This document shows positions 43,822-53,176 of a stretch of 64,000 nucleotides of DNA, piece by piece. The position numbers and the translations under genes are program-made. Under the pieces are notes generated by a model, which was not told the origin of the DNA, ran no database searches, and was given only the letters and a program-made list of their open reading frames with translations. Source of the DNA: Acidobacteriota bacterium (GTDB lineage Bacteria > Acidobacteriota > UBA890 > WLXD01); assembly GCA_963666215.2 (NCBI GenBank), contig CAXWPL010000004.1, forward strand, positions 224,001 to 288,000, in the 5' to 3' direction. The first letter of the stretch is position 1. Each line of letters starts with the position of its first letter.

Positions 43822-44131
43822 CTGGGTCGTCTGTTTGGATCTCGGCGAGCTCACTACCAACGAGCCGCTCGACGATCTTCGCGAGCAGTACAGCGAGTGG
43901 CGAGTGCGCGTGCAGCGCGGCCGGATGCCGGCTCACTTCTACGAGCCTTACGTGGTTGCGCAGGATGTCAACTGCCACCAAGCACGCCTTTGGGTGGCCG
44001 ACGGCGAGCGCCATGCCGACGCGTTCGCGGCACAACATCACGTCGACATCGAACGCCACCCGGTGAACCTCGAGCAGCTCTTCCCGATTCTCGTGAAGCG
44101 CCGAGGCGAAAGCGAAGGAGATCGAGCATGA
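43811..44131 (+). pseudogene. ABC ATPase (YtrB-like) C-terminal remnant
   Basis: RIVDWVVCLDLGEL...LDDLREQY...NLEQLF; no Walker motifs. Confidence 0.65.
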
Positions 44132-45588
44132 GAGAGTCCGCCTTGCTGCGCCTCATGCGCCGCCCCGCGGTTCTGTTCTTCGGTAGCTTCGCTCTGGTGA
44201 TGGGGTTGGCATTGACGCAGATGTTCGACGACCCGGCGCTGGGCTCGCGGGCGCGACCGTTCGTGTTCATGGAGGCCTTTCTCATCGCGTTCGTGGTGAG
44301 CCGTGTTGTCGGCGAGGCGCAACAGGGGGCGTTCTTTTGGATGACGCCGCGACTCGCCGATCGCCTGCGACGCGGCGTTCTACTCACGGTGATTCTCACG
44401 GCCGCTTTGTCCGAGCTCGTGGTCCGCCAGTTCGATCCCACGCTGCCCTTCGGCATGGCGGCAGCCATTGGAGTGCTCGGCTTCGGCTTCGGCTACGCCG
44501 TAATTGGGCCCGCCGCCCGCGGGAGCGCTCAACTCAAGGTGGTGGTCGGGGTCGTTGTTCTTCTGAGCCTGCCGAGGCTCGTGGTCTTCGGTACCGAGCA
44601 TCCGATCGCATTCGTGGGACTCAGTGTGCTATTGGCCGCCGCGATGCTGGTCCCGGCGCTCGGACGCGGGGCTGCGCGCCGCGCCGTTCTCGTGCCCACA
44701 CTCGTCTTGGCCGATTTCACCAACCCTACCGGCGACACGGCGTTGGTCCGCCATCAGCGCGCCACCAGCACACGAACCGGAAGGTGGCATGGTGGCCAGG
44801 TGGGCTCGTCCTTGCGCGACTGGCTGTCCGTAGCTGCCTTCGAGCGCGCCGGCCACAGCGCGCTCGGATGGCGTGGCTTCGCAGCCTTTGCGATTGCCGC
44901 CCCGCTGGCGGCGGCCGCGATCTTCCTCTACGTCGATCTGATCTATGTCGAAACCCAGAGTGCCCCGATCGCCACCCTGGGCAGGTTGTACGACGAGCTG
45001 CTGTTGGCGCCCGAGGGCATCCAGCGGGCGTTCCCAGACGACATCTCCACGGCACCGTTCGTCACACTCTTCGCGCTGATGGCGGCCTTCCAGCTGAGCT
45101 ATGCCTTCCCGCTGGCGCCGCTGTCCGGACTCCCTCGCCCCCTATCGCGTCGCGACCGTGCCCGGCTATGGTTTATCGGCAACGGTATAGGGCTGGCCGC
45201 GGTTCTCGGCGCGATCACCCTGATATACGCGGCGAGCGTAGAGGGGCTCGCTCGCTATCTCGACCTACCCGGTCATGGCGGCTACATGCCCGCCTACCTG
45301 CGAGCCATCCTGATCATCGCGGCCGCCGCACCCATGATTCAGTGGCTCCGACTCCGCATGGACGCGTTCGGCGGCGGCGTTGGCTCGTGGGGAGCTCCGA
45401 CCTGGCTCGCCACGCTCGCCCAGGCTCTCACGTTGATGGCCTGTTTCCTCCTCACAATGTTCTGGCAACGCACCGCTCCCGGGAATATGGGCTTTGAGCT
45501 CGCCCTTCTCGTCGGCGCTGTGGCGACGTCCCAGCTACTCTTCTATAGAGCTGTCCAGCGCGAGTGCCTCTACTCCGACCTGGCCTAG
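44128..45588 (+). CDS. Multi-pass membrane protein (probable permease of the decayed ABC operon)
   Basis: Roughly 12 hydrophobic segments; RBS AAGGAG; ATG overlaps the ATPase-remnant stop. Confidence 0.7.
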   Translation: MRESALLRLMRRPAVLFFGSFALVMGLALTQMFDDPALGSRARPFVFMEAFLIAFVVSRVVGEAQQGAFFWMTPRLADRLRRGVLLTVILTAALSELVVRQFDPTLPFGMAAAIGVLGFGFGYAVIGPAARGSAQLKVVVGVVVLLSLPRLVVFGTEHPIAFVGLSVLLAAAMLVPALGRGAARRAVLVPTLVLADFTNPTGDTALVRHQRATSTRTGRWHGGQVGSSLRDWLSVAAFERAGHSALGWRGFAAFAIAAPLAAAAIFLYVDLIYVETQSAPIATLGRLYDELLLAPEGIQRAFPDDISTAPFVTLFALMAAFQLSYAFPLAPLSGLPRPLSRRDRARLWFIGNGIGLAAVLGAITLIYAASVEGLARYLDLPGHGGYMPAYLRAILIIAAAAPMIQWLRLRMDAFGGGVGSWGAPTWLATLAQALTLMACFLLTMFWQRTAPGNMGFELALLVGAVATSQLLFYRAVQRECLYSDLA

Positions 45589-45640
45589 GGCTTGCCAGGT
45601 TCCGATCCAACGACTCAGGTTACGAGCGGGAGAGATATCG

Positions 45641-46069
45641 ATGGTCCGCACAGGTGTTCTTCGAGCAGGCGCAGTAGCGGCCGCGTTTGTTGCAGGCATG
45701 GCGTTCAACCACGTTGTTGCGGTGCAGGCTCAGAGCAACCGGGTCTACGAGCTCCGTACGTACACGACGGCCGACGGTCGGTTGGAGGCGCTGCTCGAGC
45801 GATTCGGTGGCGGCGAGATCGAGCTGTTTCACAAGCACGGAATGACCAGCGTGGGCTACTGGGTCCCGGACGACGCTCTAGCCTCGGGGAACACCATGGT
45901 CTACATGCTGTCCCACGACAGCCGCGAGACTGCCGCGGCGGCGTGGCAGGCATTCCTCGATGACCCGGAGTGGCCGCCGATGCGAGCCGCGTCGGTTGCA
46001 GACGGACCCATCGTGACCAACGTCGAGTCGACGTTCCTCAACCCGACCGACTTCTCGCCCCTGCAGTAG
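45641..46069 (+). CDS. NIPSNAP family protein, secreted
   Basis: RVYELRTYT...LFHKHGM..VGYW...WQAFLDDPEW...PTDFSP. Confidence 0.9.
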   Translation: MVRTGVLRAGAVAAAFVAGMAFNHVVAVQAQSNRVYELRTYTTADGRLEALLERFGGGEIELFHKHGMTSVGYWVPDDALASGNTMVYMLSHDSRETAAAAWQAFLDDPEWPPMRAASVADGPIVTNVESTFLNPTDFSPLQ

Positions 46070-46182
46070 TCACGGGAAGTGGGTACAGCGGAAATCGAAC
46101 CTGCGACGTCGCCAGGGAAAGGCTCCCGTATACCTCCTCAATGCCATACTAGGGTCCGACCGCCGCAACCCGGAGACATCGT

Positions 46183-46659
46183 GTGACCCTGGAAGAAGCG
46201 ACCCGAGTCTTCGCCGCTCTCGCGGCCGAAAATGTCGACTACGTCGTCATCGGATCCATGGCAATGGCGGCTCAGGGTTTGCCGCGCGCTACGCAGGATC
46301 TCGACTTTTTCGTCTCACCGCGACGCGCCAATGTTGAGGCGCTGAAGAGAGCGCTGGTGTCGCTCTACGACGACCCGGCCATCGAACAGATCGATCCGGA
46401 CGAGTTGGCTGGCGAATACCCGGCGATCCAATACGTGCCGCCTCGGGGTGAGTACTCTCTTGACATCATCACCAGGTTGGGAGATGCGTTCTCGTGGGAG
46501 GATCTTGATGCCAACTCGGAGGACATCAGGGTGGGTGAAGTCACCGTCCGCGTGGCGAGCGCTCGCATGCTCTACGAGATGAAGAAAGACACATCGCGAC
46601 TCCAGGATCGAGCAGACGCCGAGAGAATCAAAGAAGAGTTCGGCTTGGAGGACGGCTGA
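46183..46659 (+). CDS. Pol-beta-superfamily nucleotidyltransferase (DUF6036/AbiEii-like)
   Basis: YVVIGSMA...PRATQDLD...LDI...L.EMKK...RLQDRAD. Confidence 0.8.
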   Translation: MTLEEATRVFAALAAENVDYVVIGSMAMAAQGLPRATQDLDFFVSPRRANVEALKRALVSLYDDPAIEQIDPDELAGEYPAIQYVPPRGEYSLDIITRLGDAFSWEDLDANSEDIRVGEVTVRVASARMLYEMKKDTSRLQDRADAERIKEEFGLEDG

Positions 46660-46874
46660 TGCCGGTGAAGAAGTACCGCTCGGTCCAGGAGATGCCCCGT
46701 GCTCCGTTTCGAACGCCCCTGGCCCCCGACAACATTCGTATTGCGTGCGAGCTCAGTGAAACCGCTCGTGCCCTACATCCGCGCCTGCTCCAGGCCGGAC
46801 TCAAGAAGTTTCGTTCCGCCGAGAGGCGCCGCCCTACAGACTCTCCGCTAGCGATCGATCCCGCCGACCGGTAG
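46659..46874 (+). CDS. Small basic protein coupled to the nucleotidyltransferase
   Basis: TGATG overlap, RBS GGAGG; internal repeat KKYRSVQE / KKFRSAE. Confidence 0.65.
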   Translation: MPVKKYRSVQEMPRAPFRTPLAPDNIRIACELSETARALHPRLLQAGLKKFRSAERRRPTDSPLAIDPADR

Positions 46875-49817
46875 CCAGCGCGGGTTGCTGTCGGCCACGT
46901 CGTTGGTGGTCAGGCGCGTCTCGCTCGTCCCGTCGACGCCGATCACGTAGATCTCGTTGGTGCCGTGTCGCTCCGAGACGAACACGATCCAGTCGCCATC
47001 GGGCGACCAGACCGGGGCGAGATCGGCGGCATCGTTGGTGGTCAGACGGACGAGATTCGAGCCGTCGGTGTTCATGACGTAGATCTCGGCGTTGCCGTCG
47101 CGATCGGAGCTGAAGGTGATGCGGCTGCCGTCGGGCGACCACGACGGGTAGCGGTCGTCGGCAGGGTGGTCGGTGAGCCTCCGAACGTTCGATCCGTTGG
47201 CTGCCATCAGGTAGATCTCCATCGCCTCGGAATCGGGGTTGTCGGGATTGTCGCGATTCGAGTAGAAGGCGATGTCTTCTCCGTTCGGCGACCAGAACGG
47301 GTGGTTGTCGAGGTCGTCGTTGTCGGTGAGCCGAGAGAGGCTCGAGCCGTCGGAGTTCATGACCCAGATCTCGACGTCGCCGTCGCGATCGCTATCGAAG
47401 ACGATGCGTGAACCGTCGGGTGAGAACGACGGGTCGATGTCTGTCGCCGCAGTCGAGGTCAAGTTGATCGGGTTCGAGCCGTCGACCTCCATCGCGAAAA
47501 CGTCAGGGCTGCCGTCGCGATCCGAGCGGAACGCGATGCGGGTGCCATCAGCCGAGGCCGTTGGATGCCGGTCGTTGAAGCCGCGGTCGCCGTTGTTTGT
47601 GAGATTCGTCGGATCGGTTCCGTTGGCGTTCATCACCCAGACATCCATTCCGGCTCCACGTTCCGACTGGAAGACGATCCGGTGCGGCGTGTCGATGTCC
47701 GCTGCGGAGGCACCGTCTTGGTCGGCCACGGCCGAAGCATCGGTGGCCTCGACCGCCGTGCCGTTGGGCAGGGCGAAGGCAACGAGGCTGCTTCCCGAAG
47801 CGGCGCCGTTCTTGCCGCCGCCGCAGGCGATGACGATGTACTGGCGGCCGTCGATGCTGTACACGGACGGCGTTGCGTTGCCCGCCGCCGGCAGCAGCGT
47901 TTCCCAGAGCAACTCGCCGGTAAGAGCCTCGTAGGCGCGGAACTTGTTGTCGAAGTTGGTCGCGCCAATGAACAGCAGGCCGCTGGCTGTAACCACAGGA
48001 CCACCGTAGTTGTCGCTGCCGGTGTCGGTGAGCCCCTGCTCCACGAGCTCGGGAAACTCGCCAAACGGGATCTGCCAGCGGATCTCGCCGCTGTTCAGAT
48101 CGATGGCGTTGAGCGTGCCCCACGGCGGTGTGGTGCCCGGATAGCCGTCGGGATCGAGAAAGATCGTGTAGGCGGCGTTGCGGTACGCCTGCCAGGTGGG
48201 GGCGTTGGTGACGACCGGATCCATACCACTATCGACCCCGGTGATCAGAAACTCCACGATGTCGCTCGTGTTGGCGCCGCCCATATCGGGGAAGCCCGGC
48301 ATCATTCCGATGCCCTGGCGAATCACCGCCGTGAGCTCTTCGCGAGAAAACCGCTCACCGATGTTCTCCAGCGAAGAGAACGTTGCCGCCCCCTTTCGAT
48401 CCTCGCCGTGGCAGGCCGCGCAGTTCATGTTGTAGAGCGAGGTATCGTTGTTGGGGATCAGCTGCATCGTCCACGGCATCTCGTTGGAGTTGACGAACAG
48501 CAGGCCGCTGTCGGGATCGAAGGCCGCCCCACCCCATTCGCCACCGCCGTCGAATCCCGGGAACACAATCGTGCCCTCGAAGCTCGGCGGCTCGTACATC
48601 CCCTTCTTCTGCCTTCTGAACTGCTCGAGCACCGCCGCGTGCGCCTCGGGCGTGCGCTGCGTCAGCATGTCCTCGGTAAGCCCTTGCCGGGCGAACGGCG
48701 GCGGCAGAACCGGGTGCGGCTGGGTGGTCGAGAGCAGCTCGCCCGGAATCGTCGACGCCGGCACCGGTCGCTCCTCGATCTCGAACAACGGATCGCCGGT
48801 GCGACGGTCGAATACGTAGATGTAGCCCGTCTTGCTGATCTGCGCCACGGCGTCGACCCGACTCCCGTCACGCATCACCGTGACCAAGCTGGGTGCGGCG
48901 GGGAAGTCCCAATCCCAAACGTCGTGGTGGACGGCCTGGAAGTGCCACACACGCTCCCCGGTGCGCGCGTCGAGGGCCAGCACGCTGTTGGCGAACAGGT
49001 TGTCGCCGTGCCGGTTGGAGCCGTAGAAGTCGAAAGAGGCCGAGCCCGTTGCCGCGAACACCATCGCGGTGGAGGGGTCGACGGTGACGCCAGCCCAGGC
49101 GTTGGCGCCGCCGGAGATCTCGTGGGCACCCTCCGGCCAGGTGTCGTAACCGAACTCGCCGGGCGAGGGAATGGTGCTGAACATCCAGCGCTGCTCGCCG
49201 GTATTCACGTCGAAAGCACGGATGTGCCCAGGTGCCGCGGGCAACGTTTCCGGAACGCTACTTCCCATGATGAGGAGGTCCTCGAAGACCTGGCCCGGCG
49301 TGCTGGCGCTGACGCTCAATCCCTCCGCCGGCCGGCCAAGGCCTTCGCGTAGGTCGACCCACCCTTCCTCTCCGAACGTCTCGATGGGCTCGCCGGTTAG
49401 CCGATCGAGCGCCCAGAGATAGCTGCGCGCGGCCACGAACACGCGATCCTCGTGCACCGTCACCCCGCGGTGCCGCGCCCTCCCCCGCGGCGCGTCGCTC
49501 GCCGCGATCGGATCGAAGCTCCACAACAACGCCCCGGTCGCCGCGTCGAGCGCGATGACCTTCAGCGTGGGCGTGGTGGCATAGAGCGCCCCACCGACCA
49601 CAATCGGGTTGCTCTGCATCTCGGAGCCTTCAAACGCGTCCTGAGAGTCGTACGTCCAGGCCACCTCGAGCTGCCCGACGTTGTCCTTGGTGATCTCGGT
49701 GAGCGGCGAGTAGCGAATGTTGTCGACCCCACCGTTCACCGGCCACTCGACGTCAGCCGGGGGGCCGCAGGCGGCCAGAAGGAGGAGCGCGGCAACACAC
49801 AAGGTGCGGGTCGGCAT
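46848..49817 (-). CDS. PQQ-dependent (glucose-type) dehydrogenase with inserted cytochrome c and C-terminal TolB-like PD40 propeller; lipoprotein
   Basis: RYSPL..I...NV..L, GGANAW, HHDVWDWD, PPWGTL; CAACH heme motif; multiple WSPDG/FSSDRDG repeats; LAAC lipobox. Confidence 0.9.
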   Translation of the reverse strand: MPTRTLCVAALLLLAACGPPADVEWPVNGGVDNIRYSPLTEITKDNVGQLEVAWTYDSQDAFEGSEMQSNPIVVGGALYATTPTLKVIALDAATGALLWSFDPIAASDAPRGRARHRGVTVHEDRVFVAARSYLWALDRLTGEPIETFGEEGWVDLREGLGRPAEGLSVSASTPGQVFEDLLIMGSSVPETLPAAPGHIRAFDVNTGEQRWMFSTIPSPGEFGYDTWPEGAHEISGGANAWAGVTVDPSTAMVFAATGSASFDFYGSNRHGDNLFANSVLALDARTGERVWHFQAVHHDVWDWDFPAAPSLVTVMRDGSRVDAVAQISKTGYIYVFDRRTGDPLFEIEERPVPASTIPGELLSTTQPHPVLPPPFARQGLTEDMLTQRTPEAHAAVLEQFRRQKKGMYEPPSFEGTIVFPGFDGGGEWGGAAFDPDSGLLFVNSNEMPWTMQLIPNNDTSLYNMNCAACHGEDRKGAATFSSLENIGERFSREELTAVIRQGIGMMPGFPDMGGANTSDIVEFLITGVDSGMDPVVTNAPTWQAYRNAAYTIFLDPDGYPGTTPPWGTLNAIDLNSGEIRWQIPFGEFPELVEQGLTDTGSDNYGGPVVTASGLLFIGATNFDNKFRAYEALTGELLWETLLPAAGNATPSVYSIDGRQYIVIACGGGKNGAASGSSLVAFALPNGTAVEATDASAVADQDGASAADIDTPHRIVFQSERGAGMDVWVMNANGTDPTNLTNNGDRGFNDRHPTASADGTRIAFRSDRDGSPDVFAMEVDGSNPINLTSTAATDIDPSFSPDGSRIVFDSDRDGDVEIWVMNSDGSSLSRLTDNDDLDNHPFWSPNGEDIAFYSNRDNPDNPDSEAMEIYLMAANGSNVRRLTDHPADDRYPSWSPDGSRITFSSDRDGNAEIYVMNTDGSNLVRLTTNDAADLAPVWSPDGDWIVFVSERHGTNEIYVIGVDGTSETRLTTNDVADSNPRWLPVGGIDR

Positions 49818-49909
49818 GTCAGGGGATTCTCGCTAGTGGAGGAGCCTCACGGAGCCGGCATCGTAGCCGAAGCGCCTGGCACACGCCCGGGCTGCAAACT
49901 CTACGAGCT

Positions 49910-50180
49910 CGTGAAGCAGGCGTGTTCCACGGCGAGGTTCTCGACACCCGCGACGTGATCACGTTCCAGGGAACGAGCGTTAGCGATCTCGAGAAAGCTT
50001 TCCGCGAGTCGATCGAGGATTACCTCGACTTCTGCAAGGAACGAGGCGAGGCGCCCGACAAGCCGTTTTCGGGAAGACTCATGCTACGTCTGCCGCCCGA
50101 GTTACACCGTCGCGTCCACGTGGAAGCCAGGCGGGCAGGCAAGAGCATCAATCAATGATCGATTGGAGCAAGCCAGCTAG
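49910..50180 (+). pseudogene. hicB: HicB antitoxin remnant (no hicA)
   Basis: EAGVFHGEV...DVITFQG...FRESIEDYLDFC...PDKPFSGRLMLR..PELH; N-terminus missing and tail DRLEQAS* shifted out of frame. Confidence 0.8.
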
Positions 50181-50390
50181 CGAAGGTGCGATAGGTCTTC
50201 CCGGCGCGGGACCTGAGTCGAGCTGACCCCGTCCTCGGGGACCCCGCGCCGCACCGGTCGGCCATGGCGTTGCAGCCACGCGCCGAAGAGGCTACGCGAT
50301 GCGGAGCCCACGGGCGGACCAACGATCGCGGTGGCGTGCAGATCCGAACCGCGGGACCCGGTTCTGGGAGAGTTGCGCTAGGCTGGCGCG

Positions 50391-51071
50391 ATGATCGACT
50401 CGACGCCACGTCTGCTCGACCGTGACGAGCTCCGGGTGCTCGGCTGTTTGCTCGAGAAAGAGCAGGCAACGCCCGAGTACTACCCGCTGACGCTCAACGC
50501 GCTGGTCGCCGCGTGTAACCAGCGCAGCAATCGCTACCCCGTACTCAACCTCTCTGAACAGGAGGTGCGCGGCACGCTCGTGCGCCTGCACCGAGACAAA
50601 CTGGTGTTGCGCCAGGAGAGCCCACGATCCACCAAGTGGCGACACAACGCCGACAGGCACTGGAACCTGAATCCCGCCAGCAAGGCGGCGCTCACGGTGT
50701 TGCTACTACGAGGCCCGCAGACCGCGGGCGAGATCCGCGCGCGCGCGACCCGACTGCACGAATTCGCCTCCGCTGCCGCGGCAGAGTCGGCCGTGGCCGA
50801 TCTGGCCGGACCTCCAGAGCCGATCGTCATGCTGCTCGAACGGGAGCCCGGCCAGAAAGAGCCGCGCTGGGAACATCAGTTGGGCGTCGAGGGAACCGCA
50901 GAGGCCGGGTCGCACGCGCCAGCATCGGCGCCAGCGTCGATACCCGCCCGACCAGCGGCGCCGCAAGTCGAGGCGGAAAGCATGATGCTGCGCATCAAGT
51001 ACCTCGAGCAACAGATGCGCGAAGTTCAAGCCGAGCTGAGCCGGCTGCGCGGTACCACCGACCTGGTTTGA
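50391..51071 (+). CDS. YceH/DUF480 family protein
   Basis: RVLGCLLEKEQATPEYYPLTLNALVAACNQRSNRYP; LLLRGPQT.GE. Confidence 0.92.
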   Translation: MIDSTPRLLDRDELRVLGCLLEKEQATPEYYPLTLNALVAACNQRSNRYPVLNLSEQEVRGTLVRLHRDKLVLRQESPRSTKWRHNADRHWNLNPASKAALTVLLLRGPQTAGEIRARATRLHEFASAAAAESAVADLAGPPEPIVMLLEREPGQKEPRWEHQLGVEGTAEAGSHAPASAPASIPARPAAPQVEAESMMLRIKYLEQQMREVQAELSRLRGTTDLV

Positions 51072-51144
51072 CGCCGACGAACAGTGTCGACTCGTCGACC
51101 AGGCGTATCGGGTTGCCTGACGGATCGAGTCCGGCCTCGACGAG

Positions 51145-53034
51145 TCAACGACCCGTCGGCTCAACGATCTCCATCAGGCCGGGGGCGAGGTCGGTCAGCG
51201 TCTGAACGACGCCGCTCGGCCAGACGACCTCGACGATCTCGATCTGCGTGGCGTCGCCGAGCCCGAAGTACAGCGGCAATGAGCTCTGCGCCATGTATCC
51301 GGACTTGCCGTCGTGGTAGCGCGTTTGGCTCTGTCCGCCGGCGGTTACCGTCACCCACGCCCCCAGTCCATCGCGGTTCGATTGTGTGCCGCGGAGCGTG
51401 ACCTTCAACGAGCTCACGCTGCGGAGCTGCGCCAGATCGCTGGTCAGGATCTGCGGCTCGGCGCCGAACTCGTTCGTGACGATGTCGAGATCGTGGTCGC
51501 CGTCGAGGTCGAAAAGAACCGAGCCGCGGGTGCTCAAGGTGCCCTGCACCTCGAGGAGGCCGCTTCTGCGCCTGCACAGGCCATGGTCGATGTCGGCTCC
51601 CGGCTGGCAATCGAGAAGGAACCAGGGCTTTCGTATGCGACCGTCGCGACGTGGCTCGATGCTCAGCGGGAACGCGGCGTCGGCAAACCGCGCACCGGCG
51701 GCGTTGAGAAGCAACGAGTTGGGGCTGTAGCGGTAGGGATATCCCATACCGCCCGACACAAAGGCGTCGAGCCATCCATCGGCGTTCATGTCGCCGACGC
51801 TCACGCCCCACGGCCAGTAGGTCTCGGCGCCAATCTCGTCGGAGATCTCCTTGAACCCGGCGTCGCCGTCGTTGCGATAGAAGGCGTTGCCGAAGACGTT
51901 GTTGGCACTGCCCTGGAGCATGTCCTCGGAAAACCGGATGATCGACTTCTCGCGCTCGCGCTCGGGCCCGACCTCCACGCTCATGTCCGAGTGCATGTCG
52001 GTGAGCATCAGGTCGAGGTCGCCATCGTTGTCGAAGTCGAAGAACTTGATCCCCATCGTCCCCCAGGGAGTGGCGCTGAAGTTCGCTTCGGTGGCCTCGA
52101 CGAAGGTGCCTTCGCGATTCTCCCAGTAACGATCGTCGCCCTGCATGTTGGTGAGATAGAGATCAGGATCGCCGTCGCGGTCGAAATCTGTGAGCGACGA
52201 ATCGCCCACCCAGCCGTTCTCCACCAGGCCAACGTCGTCAGACACGTCCTGAAACCGCATGCCGCCGAGGTTGCGGTAAAGAATGCTGCGCTCGGTGCGC
52301 GCCGGTCGCAGGTGACCGCTGAAGGCATCGACCAACCCTTCGTAGGCGCCGTCGGCTCGCTGCACATCGTTGGTGAACACGCCGACGTTGGTCAGGTACA
52401 GATCCAGCAGCCCATCGGCGTCGTAGTCGAAGAAAGTTCCCGTCGAGGAATGGCCGACGTGGTCCAGTCCGGCTTCGTGGGCGATGTCGCGGAAGTGGCC
52501 GCCACCGTCGTTCTCGAACAGAACGTTGCCCCCACGAACCGTGGTGACGAAGAGATCAGGATCACCGTCGTTGTCGACATCCGCGAACGACGCCGCCATG
52601 CTGACCCTATCGGCAAGCCCGACGCCCGCAGCCAGTGTGATGTCTTCGAAGGTGCCGGAGCCGCTGTTGCGGTACAGGTGATTGGCGCCCATCAGGCTGA
52701 CGAAGAACAGGTCGGTCAAACCGTCACCGTCGACATCGGCCGCGACGACGCTTGACCCATGGTCGTAGTGCATGGGAACGAGCGTCTTCTTGCTCTCCTC
52801 GGCAATGCCGTGGACAAACGAGATGCCGCTCTCGGGCAATCGATCGGTGAACCGAAAATCGACCTGCATTCGCAACTCGCCCAGCCGGGCGCGCTGCGCC
52901 GCCGAACGATCGCTCAGAGAAAGCTCGCCGAGATCGGGGTCGGGATACGCGACGGTCTGCGGGACGCCGGATCCGGGCGCTTGAGCGGCGATCAGCGCAG
53001 CGCAGGCGAGCGCCGCGCACAGGCGACGTGACAT
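51145..53034 (-). CDS. CRTAC1/ASPIC-UnbV family FG-GAP repeat protein
   Basis: Repeated DxDxDGxxDL motifs; C-terminal SNRDGLGA.V...SGYMAQS..PLYFGLG...WPSG. Confidence 0.92.
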   Translation of the reverse strand: MSRRLCAALACAALIAAQAPGSGVPQTVAYPDPDLGELSLSDRSAAQRARLGELRMQVDFRFTDRLPESGISFVHGIAEESKKTLVPMHYDHGSSVVAADVDGDGLTDLFFVSLMGANHLYRNSGSGTFEDITLAAGVGLADRVSMAASFADVDNDGDPDLFVTTVRGGNVLFENDGGGHFRDIAHEAGLDHVGHSSTGTFFDYDADGLLDLYLTNVGVFTNDVQRADGAYEGLVDAFSGHLRPARTERSILYRNLGGMRFQDVSDDVGLVENGWVGDSSLTDFDRDGDPDLYLTNMQGDDRYWENREGTFVEATEANFSATPWGTMGIKFFDFDNDGDLDLMLTDMHSDMSVEVGPEREREKSIIRFSEDMLQGSANNVFGNAFYRNDGDAGFKEISDEIGAETYWPWGVSVGDMNADGWLDAFVSGGMGYPYRYSPNSLLLNAAGARFADAAFPLSIEPRRDGRIRKPWFLLDCQPGADIDHGLCRRRSGLLEVQGTLSTRGSVLFDLDGDHDLDIVTNEFGAEPQILTSDLAQLRSVSSLKVTLRGTQSNRDGLGAWVTVTAGGQSQTRYHDGKSGYMAQSSLPLYFGLGDATQIEIVEVVWPSGVVQTLTDLAPGLMEIVEPTGR

Positions 53035-53176
53035 CGGAAATGCTCTCGAACGTACGCTTGTGGCAAAGGCTTGGGTGCGGGACGGAGCAAGCTGGCGCTG
53101 AGCGCCCGTCGGCTCGCGGAGCCTACCACGCAGCTTTTTGATGCTCGCAGCTCGTCCCGAAGGTGACGGCCGGGGA

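Noticed and set aside
43447-44127. N-terminal extension of the 713-aa membrane ORF
   Set aside because: It runs through the GntR and ABC remnants; the real start has an RBS at ATG 44128.
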